Position numbers and translations under genes: made by a program. Shown here piece by piece: positions 25,876 to 38,953 of a stretch of 64,000 nucleotides of DNA; position 1 is the first letter of the stretch, and each line of letters begins with the position of its first letter. Origin of the DNA: Ylistrum balloti (lineage: Eukaryota); NCBI RefSeq assembly GCF_031769215.1, contig NW_026782147.1, forward strand, positions 124,001 through 188,000, read 5' to 3'. The notes beneath the pieces are model-generated. The model was not told where the DNA came from. It saw only the letters and a list, made by a program, of their open reading frames with translations, and did no database searches.

Positions 25876-27959
25876 TAGATTGAAGATCTCTCGCCTATTT
25901 TATTGAGGTGTCTTCCACCAATATAGAACACATGTCATTTGGTGCTATACTTAAGCATTAGTAATTTTTCCGTGCATAATTGTGTGCACATCGATGCAAC
26001 CAAATCGTTTCTAAAAGAAAAAATAATATCACATTCAGTCACAGATGGAAATTATTAATTAGATTACAAACAGAAGTCTGTTTTATCATGCTTGTACAAA
26101 CATGATCACTGTTCAACTCGCCTGTGATCTCGTCTAGCGTGCCATCACTTTCCTCGTCAAAATTGCGACATCCTGATATCGACTCTCTTATGCATTAGTT
26201 GTTAATATGTACAAACAAATGTGATAATGTCTCTTTGCACGCGTTACCGTTGTGTTGGAGTAACATACGACTGTATGGTTTAATGAAATCCACATGTCTG
26301 ATACGAATGATGGAGCCAGTTATTAAAGTTAGCCTACCTCCCGGAACGATTTCCTAATTATGTAACCCATTTCGAAAATGAGATATGCCTGTTTGTATAC
26401 AACCTGTGGCCTGTTATGATCGTCATCAAACGTCTGGGTAGACAGTATTTCTGTAACTGAGACAAATGTCATGTAATTTCTTGTAATGTTAAATTTATTA
26501 ATTCCCTGAATGTATTCGTTTATAAACTATAATTTGTGCCACACTTGAGTTCTAGATCATTATGCAGGTAAATGACACGAGATATTAATTTCTTTATACA
26601 AAACAGTCGGTTTACTAAACCTCATTAGCTGGTTTACGTCTATCTCAACTATGTTTTCTACGTTGGAGGTTTATTTCATTCAATTTAAAAAAAAAAAAAT
26701 CAAATTCAGAAGCGATGTAAAGCGTTTCATTAACCCAGTCGGTTCGTTTCGACTCTTTCTTAAATAGTACGTCAATTAGTGTTTCCATCCTGGTACGTAA
26801 AATTGTGTTTAAAATGTTCAATTGTAATCGATTAAGAATAGCATCAAAAAGTCATCAATCGTACAAGAATCAATAAATTCATCTAACTTTGAATGTAATC
26901 CACTGTATCAATTATAATTATCATTTATGCTTTCTGAATTTATTGAGAAATGAACGCAATTAGTTATATATTGTATCGCTGATTTCTTGATAATGTAGAT
27001 AATAAAAGTTGCAATCTGTACAGCAAAGGGATGGGAACCTAAAACACGAGATACACTATTAATACAAATATCTTTTGATACATTTTGCAAGAAGTAATTT
27101 ATAAGTTGCAGCACGTTAGCATGTTCGTGCTCTTAGATTCTAATGATAGATATTCTATATTTACTTAAGGCAAAGTAAGCTCTGTAATAAACATGAAGCC
27201 ATTTGAAAGCATCTCCTCATCACATGAAAATTTGAAAATAAATATGAAATATTAAAATCAAGTGTTTTGTGACTTTTTATTCTCTAGTTTTATATCCTAA
27301 TTATGTTTTAAAAGCCAAGGCATTGAAGTATACATCATGATTGATGTAATTGTATCTATTATGCTTGAATCAAGTTTTTAGTCTATTTTTTTACTCGATC
27401 CACAAGGAAAGTAGCTAATTGCTAATAGGAAGATGTAAGTGAAAAAGGTAAGAACAATATGTATGTGTTCGGTAATAATTACAGTGCTTTACATAATCCC
27501 TGTACCTTTTCATCACTATACTCTTTGATTGGGCAAAAGTTTTAGAGAAACTGAACTAAGTTGCATGCAGTAGAACATAGAGAAACATAGAAACATGAAT
27601 AATTGGTAGCATCGACCCGCTAGTAAAATATTGTTTTTAACATTTGAATAGTTCTACAAAAACTGAACTTTTCTATTGCAAAGTTTTGACAGAATTTTCC
27701 ATACATAACAATGTACATAAGTATACAACAAAGTCTTCTGTGATAGAAAGTAGTGTGTAACTTCATTTGAAGATTCAACTTACGGGCAATACAAACGAGT
27801 CCTTAATTTCCTAATGTCAAGTAGCATATTTAAAATTTTTCACGCTTAGTTGCGTTAATATGCATTTGTCTTTATGATAATTATGTTATGATCATGGAAA
27901 ATATGTTGACATCCCGTAATAACATGTGCCTTACCAAATGTCCAGTTGTACTAAAACAT

Positions 27960-28045
27960 CACAAAAAACACCAACACGTCAATATAATCATAATCCAAAC
28001 TCAAATTAGACAAAACTAGGGCAAAATATGAACAAAAGACAAACA
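27960..28045 (-). mobile_element. PLE 3' UTR remnant
   Basis: ccaaactcaaattagacaaaactagggcaaaatatgaacaaaagac matches 8910-8960 and 41770-41815. Confidence 0.55.
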
Positions 28046-28629
28046 AGTGTTATTGTATAGAGTTGACAGAAGGCGAATCAACTCGAAAACAATTTTTCCA
28101 AAACGAGCTTCAACTAGACTACGCAAAAACTTTTTTTCATAAGATCAGCATCGATCTAGAACAAATTACATGACCATATTGCTACTGCAGAAACTTTCAA
28201 TAGATTTTAAAATGAGTTAGACCGTTACTGAAAGAACCAAGAAGGTTTCTTCAGCTACAGAGCTGAAATAACTTAACTATTGAATTAACTTAATAAGAAA
28301 ATTTGTTTTATGAGAAACATACATAAATTATTTATCTATTTATTATAGAATCTTGAAACTTAACCTGCATTATTGAGTCAGGTAAAGAGGACTATTCACG
28401 TCCTGAACCGGAAATAAACTTATCTGATCTTATCGTGTATAACCGTTCACTTTGTTTTGTTTTATTCTTTTTTAATTTTCATTGTTTTTTTCTCTGATTT
28501 ATTCATTGACTGAACGATTTTTTATTTATCTATTTATTTTATTTTGGTTTTTTATTTATTTTATTCGTTCATTTGTGGGTATTGCTATTCGACAGCGCAT
28601 ATGCCTATTCACAATAAAACATTGAAAGA

Positions 28630-29240
28630 ACTGACATCAAAGCGCTCGGCCCAAGTAGATTTCGAAAGTTCTATCCATCCACAAAATCAACTGTTCACCA
28701 ATTACGAAATTTAAGTGCCACGGAAATATCTCAGTTTACAATATACCATAGTTAAACATTAATCCGAATGATAGGGTGCGAATCCAAGTCCGAAACACTA
28801 TCATCGTTCTAGTGGCCAACATAGTAAAACCATCAAGCATGCCATACATTTGGTGAATTCATATGATCAGTAGAATGAAATCACTAACTAATCCTGTGGT
28901 TAATTAAAACAATCAGAAACTTGACATCGGAAGTCGAATCCGAACACGTAAAAGTAAACGGTTTCTGTTAACGACACTTTTGACTGGAGAAACGCTGGAA
29001 GGGAGATAACTCAAATACGAAATTAAACCTCATTTGTATTCCCTTTCCTTTTAGTGATATCAACTTTAATATTGTTATATGCAAATTATATTACACTTAC
29101 ACATTGATTGATGTGATTTATAAATACACATATATATATCGGGACATAAATGAAATTTCATTTCATATTAGATTTTTCGCAATGAGGCTTTGAGGCAAGT
29201 TTCATAAAATCGCATATGAAATTAGAGATACATGTACTTT
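28630..29240. repeat. About 600-bp block duplicated at 33875-34420
   Basis: Shared colinear strings: ctgacatcaaag, gaatgatagggtgcgaa, catcgttctagtggccaac, cacgtaaaagtaa, aactcaaatacgaaat, gcaatgaggctttgag. Confidence 0.85.
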
Positions 29241-29279
29241 TTATCAAATAACTCATAAATGTTTCTAAGTACATAAAAG

Positions 29280-29700
29280 GCAATCACAATCGGAGTCGGC
29301 TATTTGCTGCGAGCTTTTCATTTCCTTACTACGTCATTGTCCATATGACATCACAATCGATTTCTGATTGGCGCAGCCGATAAATGAACGCGCTCGAGTA
29401 TACTAAACCAACGATACGTAAGAATATAACATGGTCGAATTAATTGGATAACAGGACGATTATAAATTGTTTTATTTGGCGTTTAGGTTTCCTCTGACCT
29501 CACCAACAACGTACAAACAACGAATTGCAATGGATTCCGTAAATCACTTCCGCTTGTGAGCAACATGTGTAAATCCGGTTGTCCGCGTTATAAGCCAATC
29601 ATAGTTCATCTCCATTTATCAGATCACAACACTGTTGTGATGAAATGTTACAAATGACTTCGAGACATACCGTGTACTATTCTAACCTATATTGGCTCTG
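29280..29700. promoter_or_regulatory. CpG-enriched promoter-like island
   Basis: CCAAT boxes (gattgg, agccaatca, attggc), ETS-like cacttccg and tgacatca. No adjacent gene found. Confidence 0.3.
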
Positions 29701-31550
29701 GTTTGTATAAAAAAAGTGAATATTTGCTCTGATTTCAAGAATTAAAAAGAAATTAAGACATCGTTAACGGCAACATCACAATAAAAAGGTAAAGAAAATA
29801 AATAAAAATGATAGAAGTTGAATCAGTTGGTTTAAATATATGTCGTTTATTACAATTACATAGTTTTGAAATAGACTAATATAGATATACTTTATCAGAT
29901 AAAGATGAGTTTTCCCGGAATTATCTACAGCTTACCGAAAGTATACCTCCTTCTCCCTGTCCTGTCTTGGCTCATAATCATAGCCAGCCACACTCATGTC
30001 TGACATGTTCCCTTGACCCAAAGTCTAGAGTAGGTTATTTTAATCATATAACAGTGTCATGTATTTAAATTCGGTATGCACTCTTCCGTATAATTATTAT
30101 GTTGTATAAATCATCTGTGTGGTTGAACATCATGATCTGAGAATAAACTTTAGTGGATTGGAACCTCATCATCGTGACAGATAAACAACGGTATGATGTT
30201 GTGTTTGTCAGTATTCATTTTATATGGAGTTACTTTGGGATGATTGATTTCTATTGATTAACATGTTATGTCGTTAATTAAACGAATTTTTCACTTTGAC
30301 ATTGTTGAAATCATTCACTAGCAAGTATTTGTGATTTATCATAAAATAAATTTCATTGCATATGATATAGTTTAGACACTACATAGAGTACAAGACATAA
30401 TTGTAAAATCATACATTTTAGTGCGTTTTTTATATGTGTTGAATTTTCAGTTCACGAATTCATATGTCCACGAATTGATGACCGATAGAAATTGATATAC
30501 ACCTCGGATCCATTGAAAAATATGTATTCATGAAATTTTAAGTGCCGACGATAATGCATATTTTGTAAAATCACGAAATTCTAAATGTTCATCACTGTAC
30601 ATTATGCAATTTTATAAGAAAAGGAAGAATATTTTTACGTCTGTTCTATAAAATACGTAAATGTGTCACAGTTACGTACACAGATCCTGGTCTGTCCGTT
30701 TAAACGTAAACTAAAGTTAAACACAACGCAATGTCAATATAAACTTAACGTGAAACAAACGCTAACTCAACTAAGCACCGTTTAAACACATTATAAACGA
30801 TTCAAGATGTCTGTTGCCTGGATTTAACGAGGCCATGAAATAATGTCTCTGTTGTTCAGAATGGTGTGTAAAGATAAATTCATATTCCCATATTCCCGTT
30901 TTCCCGTTTTCTTCTTACAGACTAAAGCAAAAATTGTGGTGTGTAACTCGTATTTGTGAAAAATTCTTTGTTAGGGTGTTATGTCATTCGGTTTTATAAT
31001 CGTTAATAGAAATTGAATATTTTAATCGCCATTATAACACCGAACTTAATGTCTCCCACTTGCCTGTACTAACTAACCTGTGGTTGCATTTTGTCGACAC
31101 GTATCTCATTTTTCTTTAATCTAATGATGTCAGAAGTCAGATACTAATTTAAAATATTTACTTACATATTCTCGCATTCAGCAAGAGATTAATATTGATG
31201 AGATTTAGGGGAATGTTTTGCATCTTGGCGTGTTTTATACATTGGAGTAAGTCCGGATCACAATGAGGTTTACATCAGCTTCAATTAAGTTTTAAATTGA
31301 ACTGTTATCGTAAAAACAAATTCACAGAAAAAAAGACTGCAGGAAAAAATGCCACAAGTTTAGTGCTTATCTAGTACTTGTATACACTTGTAACAAGCAC
31401 AGAAATCAGGAATGCTACCAATGTATGTCAAGTCGTAACTTCCGGTCAGTTATTCCACGACTCTCACTTTGAGGTTCTATTTTAAACGAAATATGTAAAA
31501 GAAAGAAGATTTTGTTATTTATTGATGGATATGAATCACCGATCTTGCCT

Positions 31551-33211
31551 TCAGGGACATTTGGGTATATCCTCGCGAATGTAGTCTGTAAAATACTTGT
31601 GTATATTGTGACACTGTCCACCACCATCAAGAAACTGCTGAAGGCCGATCCAATGTTTCATCCATCCGAGTTCTGAGCAGGAACACTCAATAGGTATGTT
31701 GTCTAATCCAACGGCTCTGAGGGCCGGAAGTCGTTCAATAGCTCTGGGAAACCCCGGAAGTTTTGTAAAATCTATATTCAGGTATTGAAGGCTGTACGTA
31801 TCGTTGAATGCATCCATTGATATATTGGCTAGAGGAGTTTTGTCCAGGCTTAATTCACGTAATTTTTGAAGACCTGCCAGGTCCCCTTGTCCAATATTTG
31901 TCACTTTGGTATTATGCATCGTAAGCGTATTTAAACTCCTGATATGGCGCACAGGGACTGGAATACGATCTATATCCGTGTTACTGAAATCTATTGACTG
32001 TATCAGTGGCTGTTTCGGTAATGTAGTTACATCCCATGTCGACAGTGGTGAGTTGGTTATGGTCAGATAGGTAAGAAATGGATTAGTGGATATATTTGGA
32101 ACACGCGTTAAACTGCTGTTACTTATGAAAATTACTCCAAGAGAGTCCATTCCACTCAAAGCGTCATCAGGTATGCCTTCAGATTTCAATTCAATATTAT
32201 CTGTGATAGACAGACCTGTCGTTGTCTTAAGTCTCTTCAGTGCTTTCGGAAAAGCTTTGAATTTTGTTGATGTAAACGTCAAAAGGCTGACAGCGTTTTC
32301 TAAACCTTCAAATGCATCTGAAGGTAGATCTGACATTGGTAAATTATATAGCGTTAAACTCCAAACGGATTTTAGAGTTCGAATTGAGTCAGGCCATGTC
32401 GTCATTTCCGGCGATCCGACATCGAGAAACCGTAGAGTTGACGAGAAAGCCATTTTCTGTGGAAGTGTTTCGATAGGGTTATCATTGATGCTGAGCATAG
32501 TGAGGTTTGGCATTCGTGCAATTTCGTTCGGAAGTTCCTTAAATTTATTGAACTGCATAAAAATAGTTCCAAGATATGGTTCTGATCCATTCAGTGCTCC
32601 ATCCTCCATTATTTCAAAGCCGTTATGGCTAATACGAAGATTACAAAATGGAACATTATCGAAAGCTCCAGCTGGAATCCTCTTAATATTGAAATTATTG
32701 TTCATGACGAGACTCCAACAGTTCCACGAAGCGTTTACCTTGGTGAAGGACGGAAATTCTGTCTGAGTAAGATTGCTGCATTCTATTTCGTTAAAGCTAC
32801 ATTTGCACGGAGTCTTCACTGGACAAGGTCTTGGATCGTCAGGTACAAAAGAACCATTTGTGTCAATAATCATTAACAACTGAAAGAATATATAAACATC
32901 AGACGTACATTACTATAAAAGGATAAGAGATGACGTTCACTGGTGAGAGGGTTACCAGCGATCGGCTTTAACACCAAGAGACGTCGTTTACTTGGGACAG
33001 GTACAACAAAGTGATATGGATATGTATGGGTTATGTTTACAAGGTTAATGTAAACAACTGATTGACAATCGATATGAAAGTACGATGTTTGTTGGGGAAG
33101 GGAACCTGGTCAGAGATTTCAATATGGAAGAATACTTCACTACATTACAGGACGACAAATCTACGTATTACTCACCGTGATTAGACAGACACTTACTCCA
33201 TGTGTTGCCAT
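31551..33211 (-). CDS. Secreted LRR-only protein, type A (LRR1), about 454 aa
   Basis: Exon 1 33211-33176 encodes MATHGVSVCLIT, donor gtgagt. Acceptor ttctttcag, exon 2 32879-31551. LRRNT CPVKTPCKC, tandem LRRs, cap CSCSELGWMKHW...C...IPKCP*. No TM or GPI tail. Confidence 0.92.
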
Positions 33212-33258
33212 TTTAACAAGTGGCCTTTGACCGAGTCTTGAACTTTTCTAACCTCAAT

Positions 33259-33288
33259 ATCTTATCTCGTCATCTGTCTGTTTACCTT
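33259..33288 (-). promoter_or_regulatory. Forkhead + TGACG + GATA module upstream of LRR1
   Basis: Minus strand GTAAACA-n6-TGACG-AGATAAG. The GATA site is 50 bp from the ATG. Confidence 0.6.
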
Positions 33289-33452
33289 GTAGGAACTTAT
33301 AGAGTTATATGATATTTCAATATGATTTTGACGTTGGGATTTCTTTAAAACGACACAGATATATGAAAATTTGAATTGTGGGGCTTTGACGTTTTTATCG
33401 ATCACTTTGGATTTTACTCAGTCGCCTCCTACTTTATGTAGGTTTGAACCGT

Positions 33453-33500
33453 GACATCACTGACGAGTCCTAGAAGGACGACGAAACAGGGATATGATGC
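33453..33500 (+). ncRNA. Hammerhead motif (HHR-g) with intact core and a 3-nt duplication
   Basis: ACATCA CTGACGA GTCC TAGAA GGAC GAC GAAA CAGGGA TA TGATGC. Confidence 0.75.
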
Positions 33501-33874
33501 AATTTAATTCCTTATTTGGCCCTATCTTATCTAAATTAGTAGTAAATGGTGTTACTCTATTAAGAATGTCAGTCGTCACACATAAAAGTATTTAAAGTAA
33601 ACTTATCAATATTCTTTCGGCTCATTATCACTTTATAGATATAGATCATTACGTATCCTTTATCCAAAATGATCGCAATTCTATGGTGTATTTTAAAACG
33701 CAAAATGCTGAAACCAGATAACTGTGGAGTAAGTATTGAATTCTAGGCGCTCTAGCAGGGTGATATTTTAATACAATTTACATAGAATCACATAGTGTTG
33801 AAAACGAGACAGCTAATCATTACTGTGAAACTGTACATTTGTGTGTGTGTATTGTTTTCATTTTAATTTTGTTA

Positions 33875-34420
33875 AGTGCTGACATCAAAGTGCTTGGTCA
33901 AAGTAGATTTGGTGATTTATATCAATACATAAAATCAACTGCTGGCTAGAAAGGAAAATTATGTACCACGCAATATCTTATTTTATTATCACCCAAAATT
34001 AAACATTAACCGGAATGATAGGGTGCGAAACATCGTCATCGTTCTAGTGGCCAACGCAATACAACCATCAAGCATTCCGTACATTTGGTTAATTCTTGTG
34101 ATCAATACAAAGAAATCACCAACAGTCAAGCCAAGTCGAAGTCGCACACGTAAAAGTAACGGTTTCTGTACACAACACTAGCTTTCTGACAGCAGTACTT
34201 TTGATTGAAGGAACGTTGAAAGGGAGGTAACTCAAATACGAAATCATACCTCATTTGTGTTCTATTTGATATTGATCTATAATGTATATTGTATTCATAT
34301 CTTGATGTGTGTTGGTTATAAACACAAATATATTATATCATAAATCAGTTTTCATTTTATATTAGATTTTTTGGCAATGAGGCTTTGAGTCAAGTTTCAT
34401 TTGATCGCATATGAAAAGAA
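33875..34420. repeat. Second copy of the 28630-29240 block
   Basis: Colinear matches as listed for the first copy. Confidence 0.85.
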
Positions 34421-34636
34421 AACAAGTGTAAGACACTTTCTTTCACATAAATCAAAACCTATGATTTTACATTATTAATTTTGATAAATAGGAAACATTT
34501 TAGTGCACATCATATATTAATGAAGTGTAATACCAGATTATTGTGTTGACAAAAAAAAAAAAAAAAAAAAGAGAGAGAATTAAGAAGTGAAAAGAATGGT
34601 ATCGTTAAAAATAGTTTCCAATATAAAAATAACCCA

Positions 34637-35971
34637 TCACGTTCCACATCTTGGTACATATTCTCGCATATACGTCATCAATTCCATGCCTATATTGTTA
34701 CACGTCCCTGACCCTGTCAAGCGTCTCAGAGACTTCCACTCCCTCATCCATCCTAGTTCTTTACAAGTACATTCTACATCATCACCTGACATGTTGAGGA
34801 CGTAAAGCGAGTCTACCTCACCTAAGGCTCTCGGCACACCGACGACGTTGGTGTTGTCAAAATCGATGGAATACAGCATCATGTTTTGTTTCAAAGCATT
34901 TACAGCAATAGTTTCCAAATGTGAGTGGCTAAGGTCAAGGTTTTTCAATAGACCCAAATTAGACAAATCAGAGTCATCAACGTTTGATACGTTTGTGTAT
35001 CTCATCGACAAGTTCTCTACCAGTGGTGTTTGACGAAGAGCTGCTGGAATATGATCGAAGTCTGTGTTATCGAGTGTGATATTTCTCAGTTTAGGGTTGC
35101 GTGGCAGGGTGTCTGGTTCCCAAGATTGTAATGGAGAATATGTTATGTTGATATCTTGTAAGTTAGGACTTTGTGAAATATTGGGCATGGCTGATAGACT
35201 ACTATTTTCTACAAGTAATGAAGTGAGTGATGTAAGATTGTGAATGTCAAGCGAGGAGAGAAGATGGTTCCCAGTAACCGATAAATGTTCTAAATTATTG
35301 AGCACGTGCACGCTGTCCGGCATTCCTTCACATTCATTAGCATGCAGCACCAGCGTCTTCATCTTACCGGCCATATTGAAGAATGCATCGAACGGTAAAG
35401 CTGAGCAAGGGAGACCTGTTATTGTGAGGAACTTCACTGCATTAAACTGGTCTATATACTTTGGCCATGGCATGTATTCAGATCCAATCGTAAGGTTTTG
35501 AAGTTTCGAGGCAAATGACATACTTGTTCCAAGAATTATAAAAGGATTGTCTTGCATTGTCAGTGTCTCCAGGTTTGTCAGATCGTCAATAGCGTTTGGC
35601 AGATAGCTAAACTGGTTCGACTCCATGTGAACGGAAGTGACGACATCATTTGAACCTACCAAGCAGTCCATGGACAAGGTGCTCATTTGATTGTGTGACA
35701 TATTAAGTGAGACGACTGTTATGTTTTCGAATGCTCGTTTGGGGATTGTAGTAAGCTGGTTGTTACTAATATCTACCACCCAGCGTTGCTGGCGGCCATT
35801 GATCATACCGGGAACATGGGTCAAGCCTTTCCCACTGCAGTCAATGATAATATCCTTGAGGCTACAAGTACATGGCGGCGGGGCTGGACATGCTGGACGT
35901 TCATCAACAACAAAACGTGCTTCTACTACTGCTATCACCACTGCCACCTGCATCAAATATAGACACATCAT
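34637..35971 (-). CDS. Secreted LRR-only protein, type B (LRR2), about 444 aa
   Basis: Signal-like N-terminus, CPAPPPCTC LRRNT, LRRs, CTCKELGWMREW...VPRCGT*. The true start is uncertain. An in-frame acceptor precedes 35947, and a candidate exon 1 at 36278-36240 encodes MDLKLQPYYVNAL with donor gttagg. Confidence 0.88.
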   Translation of the reverse strand: MMCLYLMQVAVVIAVVEARFVVDERPACPAPPPCTCSLKDIIIDCSGKGLTHVPGMINGRQQRWVVDISNNQLTTIPKRAFENITVVSLNMSHNQMSTLSMDCLVGSNDVVTSVHMESNQFSYLPNAIDDLTNLETLTMQDNPFIILGTSMSFASKLQNLTIGSEYMPWPKYIDQFNAVKFLTITGLPCSALPFDAFFNMAGKMKTLVLHANECEGMPDSVHVLNNLEHLSVTGNHLLSSLDIHNLTSLTSLLVENSSLSAMPNISQSPNLQDINITYSPLQSWEPDTLPRNPKLRNITLDNTDFDHIPAALRQTPLVENLSMRYTNVSNVDDSDLSNLGLLKNLDLSHSHLETIAVNALKQNMMLYSIDFDNTNVVGVPRALGEVDSLYVLNMSGDDVECTCKELGWMREWKSLRRLTGSGTCNNIGMELMTYMREYVPRCGT

Positions 35972-36724
35972 AAACCCATATTTTTATACGAAAATCAATA
36001 CACCTGATTCCGTGTTTCGATACCTGTTTCTTTAATTGTTAGATAATGCTTTGTTATGCAATGAAACAAGTACACATGCACTTAATGGTTAGGATTCAAT
36101 ATTGACGTTACTTAAATTACGACAATATGAATAGGTTTGACTATTTTATTTATTTCATGGTATTTACCTGAAGTATCACTGTCTTGTAATATAAATCCAA
36201 TATGGTTATACTGATTACAGATACATCTTACACCCTAACTAAAGCATTGACGTAATACGGCTGCAACTTCAAATCCATATGGAAATGAAGTCTGTTTAAC
36301 TATTTACCTAAACGCTTTAAATTCTGAGTAAATTAAGCGTCGTATAGACACAGTAAAAACGGCCGCTCATAAATTCACCCAAACAGTACATATTCTGAGA
36401 AGTGATCAGCTAAAATCAGTCTGCTTTGAGATTTTATCTATTATCGTCTACACCATTGCCATGAAGAATCACCAAAGGTAGATTCGAGAACAGACAAGAG
36501 ACAGGGTACCAGGGTACCGGACATAACCAGCACGCTGTGCTATAATTCATTTCAACAGCAGGCACGGATCATGAAAAATACATGAACTTATTTTTTTTTG
36601 CTAAATAATCACAGATATGAAATTTATTATTTAAATTATGGGGCTAGTGTACCTCCCCATCTAGATATGGGCATGTTTTGGATCACTAGTAAATTTTCCA
36701 CAGTCGCTTACAACGTTTAAAAAG

Positions 36725-36768
36725 GCATCACTGACGAGCCCTAGATGGACGAAACAGCTGTATGGTGC
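36725..36768 (+). ncRNA. Most intact minimal type I hammerhead ribozyme (HHR-h)
   Basis: GCATCA CTGACGA GCCC TAGAT GGAC GAAA CAGCTG TA^TGGTGC. Core complete, palindromic stem III ACAGCTGT, GUA cleavage triplet at 36760-36762, one mismatch in stem II. Confidence 0.85.
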
Positions 36769-36838
36769 AGTTTGGTTCTAGTGTATATAACTTTAAAATT
36801 ATATTAAACGGTGCTTTTTAATTGCGTGTCTTTCAACT

Positions 36839-37032
36839 TACGGTATACCTGGAAATGTTCGCCCTTTATTGCCCATGAACAGCGAGGACGAATTTAAGAT
36901 GGGACAAAACATGCTATACTTACATAACTCGTACATATAATCCACAGAGAGCCAAATGAACGCGAAGGCAATTCATGAATAATGGTACAATCGCGAAAAT
37001 AACCTGTAGCGAAAATATCCTGGCATACAGTA
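36839..37032. mobile_element. MITE, same family as 11748-11960
   Basis: TACGGTATACCTGGAAATGTTC ... GAAAATATCCTGGCATACAGTA termini, with similar internal gcgaa motifs. Confidence 0.7.
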
Positions 37033-37779
37033 TACCAAAACCATATCACTGGTACCAGATCACTATGGCATATTGTCTATAACAAGCATAAACAGTAGTA
37101 CTTACAAAGATAATTACGTAAATCATTTTGTGGTCGGCCACAGTGTTCCGTACTGTTTCATTCCTATCACACCAAGATAGACGGGGTATACGAGAAAGTG
37201 TCTCGCTTTAATGACATAACCCACTTATGTATAGAAACAAACACTTGTATTTCTGAAACAGAACCCATTGTGAATGGGAAAATATTTGACGTCTAGGCCA
37301 GGTAAAAATGTTGGTTAATGGACCGAAATATTAAGGTTACACCTTTTGTCGTGCTTTTATAAATGACACAAAACCGAATATAAAAAAGTATTGGACACAA
37401 CACTACCAGCTAGTGAGTTAAACTTCTCCGCATAGCCGTTTTATCTTCTTATGTCTTATCAGTAGTGTAAGAGGCCAAGGCTACAAAAATCGAGCGAGTG
37501 TATCTTAACACGGTTTTTAAACAGACATAGATCGGGAGATCACTAACTCCTCTAATTAAAGATTCTGATAATTTTTATCATTGTACAGTGTGTATTTCAT
37601 AGGAAAACGATTGTTATTTTACGTGTTCTATGTTCTATGTAAATATGCTACAGTTACATATACATTATATGAGTAAAAATGAATTCATGCTTCCATTTTC
37701 ATCCTTTACAGACTAATGCAATAATTATTGTTATTTAGACAGTTGAAAATTAAAGGGAAGCTTTAAGGTTGCCATGGGA

Positions 37780-38070
37780 TTTCGTTCAGAAATTTTGTAT
37801 GATATCACGCTGGACGTGCTTGATGCTAGTTACTTATTTCGTAGATTCTGTTGTTGTATACCTTGTTCTCATTTGAGATCATGACATTACTTACTTAGAT
37901 TGACCAATGTTTACACGGTGGGTATTGCCGTTGAAGCAGAAGACGCTTACTCTTCCTGAACACCTGTTCTAAGTCTACTTGTACTTTTTCAGGAGTCTCC
38001 GTGTAAAGCTTTCGTTCTTTTGTTCATATTTTGACGTAGTTCTATTGCGTTTGCATACGAGTATGTTGAC
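37780..38070 (+). mobile_element. PLE 3' UTR remnant
   Basis: gaagacgcttactcttcctgaacacctg and its flanks match the reverse complement of 41790-42030. Confidence 0.7.
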
Positions 38071-38953
38071 GTGTTGGTATTTTGATGATATTTTTTTTGT
38101 GAAAATGCTTTGATAGAATGTGATGTGATTTATATATGTTCATGGATGGACACGGAAAATTGGACTTTTTATCACCGTTGCATGTCTGTAATAACTGGCT
38201 TCAGGTTGAAGTTTTTGAAACGTGTTTCATTTTCCTCAAAGTAATGTATATCAGATGTGTCCTAACCTCGGTTAAATGCATAATCAAACAAAGAAAAAAA
38301 TCAATTTAACGGGAAAATCAAATTATAAATTACGAGTTAATAAGTCCCTGTGTTTTGATATACACAGATAAATTTGACTTGTTACCGATAATTTTAGAAT
38401 ATAAAAGAGATTATCATTAATGGCAATCACATAATGCTTTAAGGTCACATTAACTAAATTATCCATTTCCATTTGGAAATACCAAGCAAACGTAATCACA
38501 CAATCACTGGCTGTGGATCGCTATTTTACTTATCAGTGACACCAATTACATGTCTCATTATCTCAACGAGTCTTTTGTACAAATTTAATTGAAGAAGTTT
38601 TTTATCATAGTGAGGGTTGCATCATCTAGAATAAGTTTTTTTAAGACTGTGCTGTTATCGTATAAACAAAATCCGGATGCCTGTTTCCCTATAACTGACA
38701 CAGATAACTTATATTGCAAAATTCGAAGAAAGAAATCGAGCAGTGGTACAAGACAGTCCTCGTCAAGTATGCAGACACTGAAATCAGTATTGCTATGTCA
38801 GGTTTTAAAATTTTGGTAATTGTTTGAGAGAATCTTACCTGAACTTCTATCACAAACATACAAACAATTAAAATATAAAAATGAATAAATATATAAATTT
38901 CAGCGACTTTTTTCTTATCTGTTGATTTATTTGAAACAACGGTTGTGTCTTCT

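Noticed and set aside
30167-30198. catca…aaacaacggtatgatg as a possible tenth hammerhead
   Set aside because: Core absent and flanks do not match the family.
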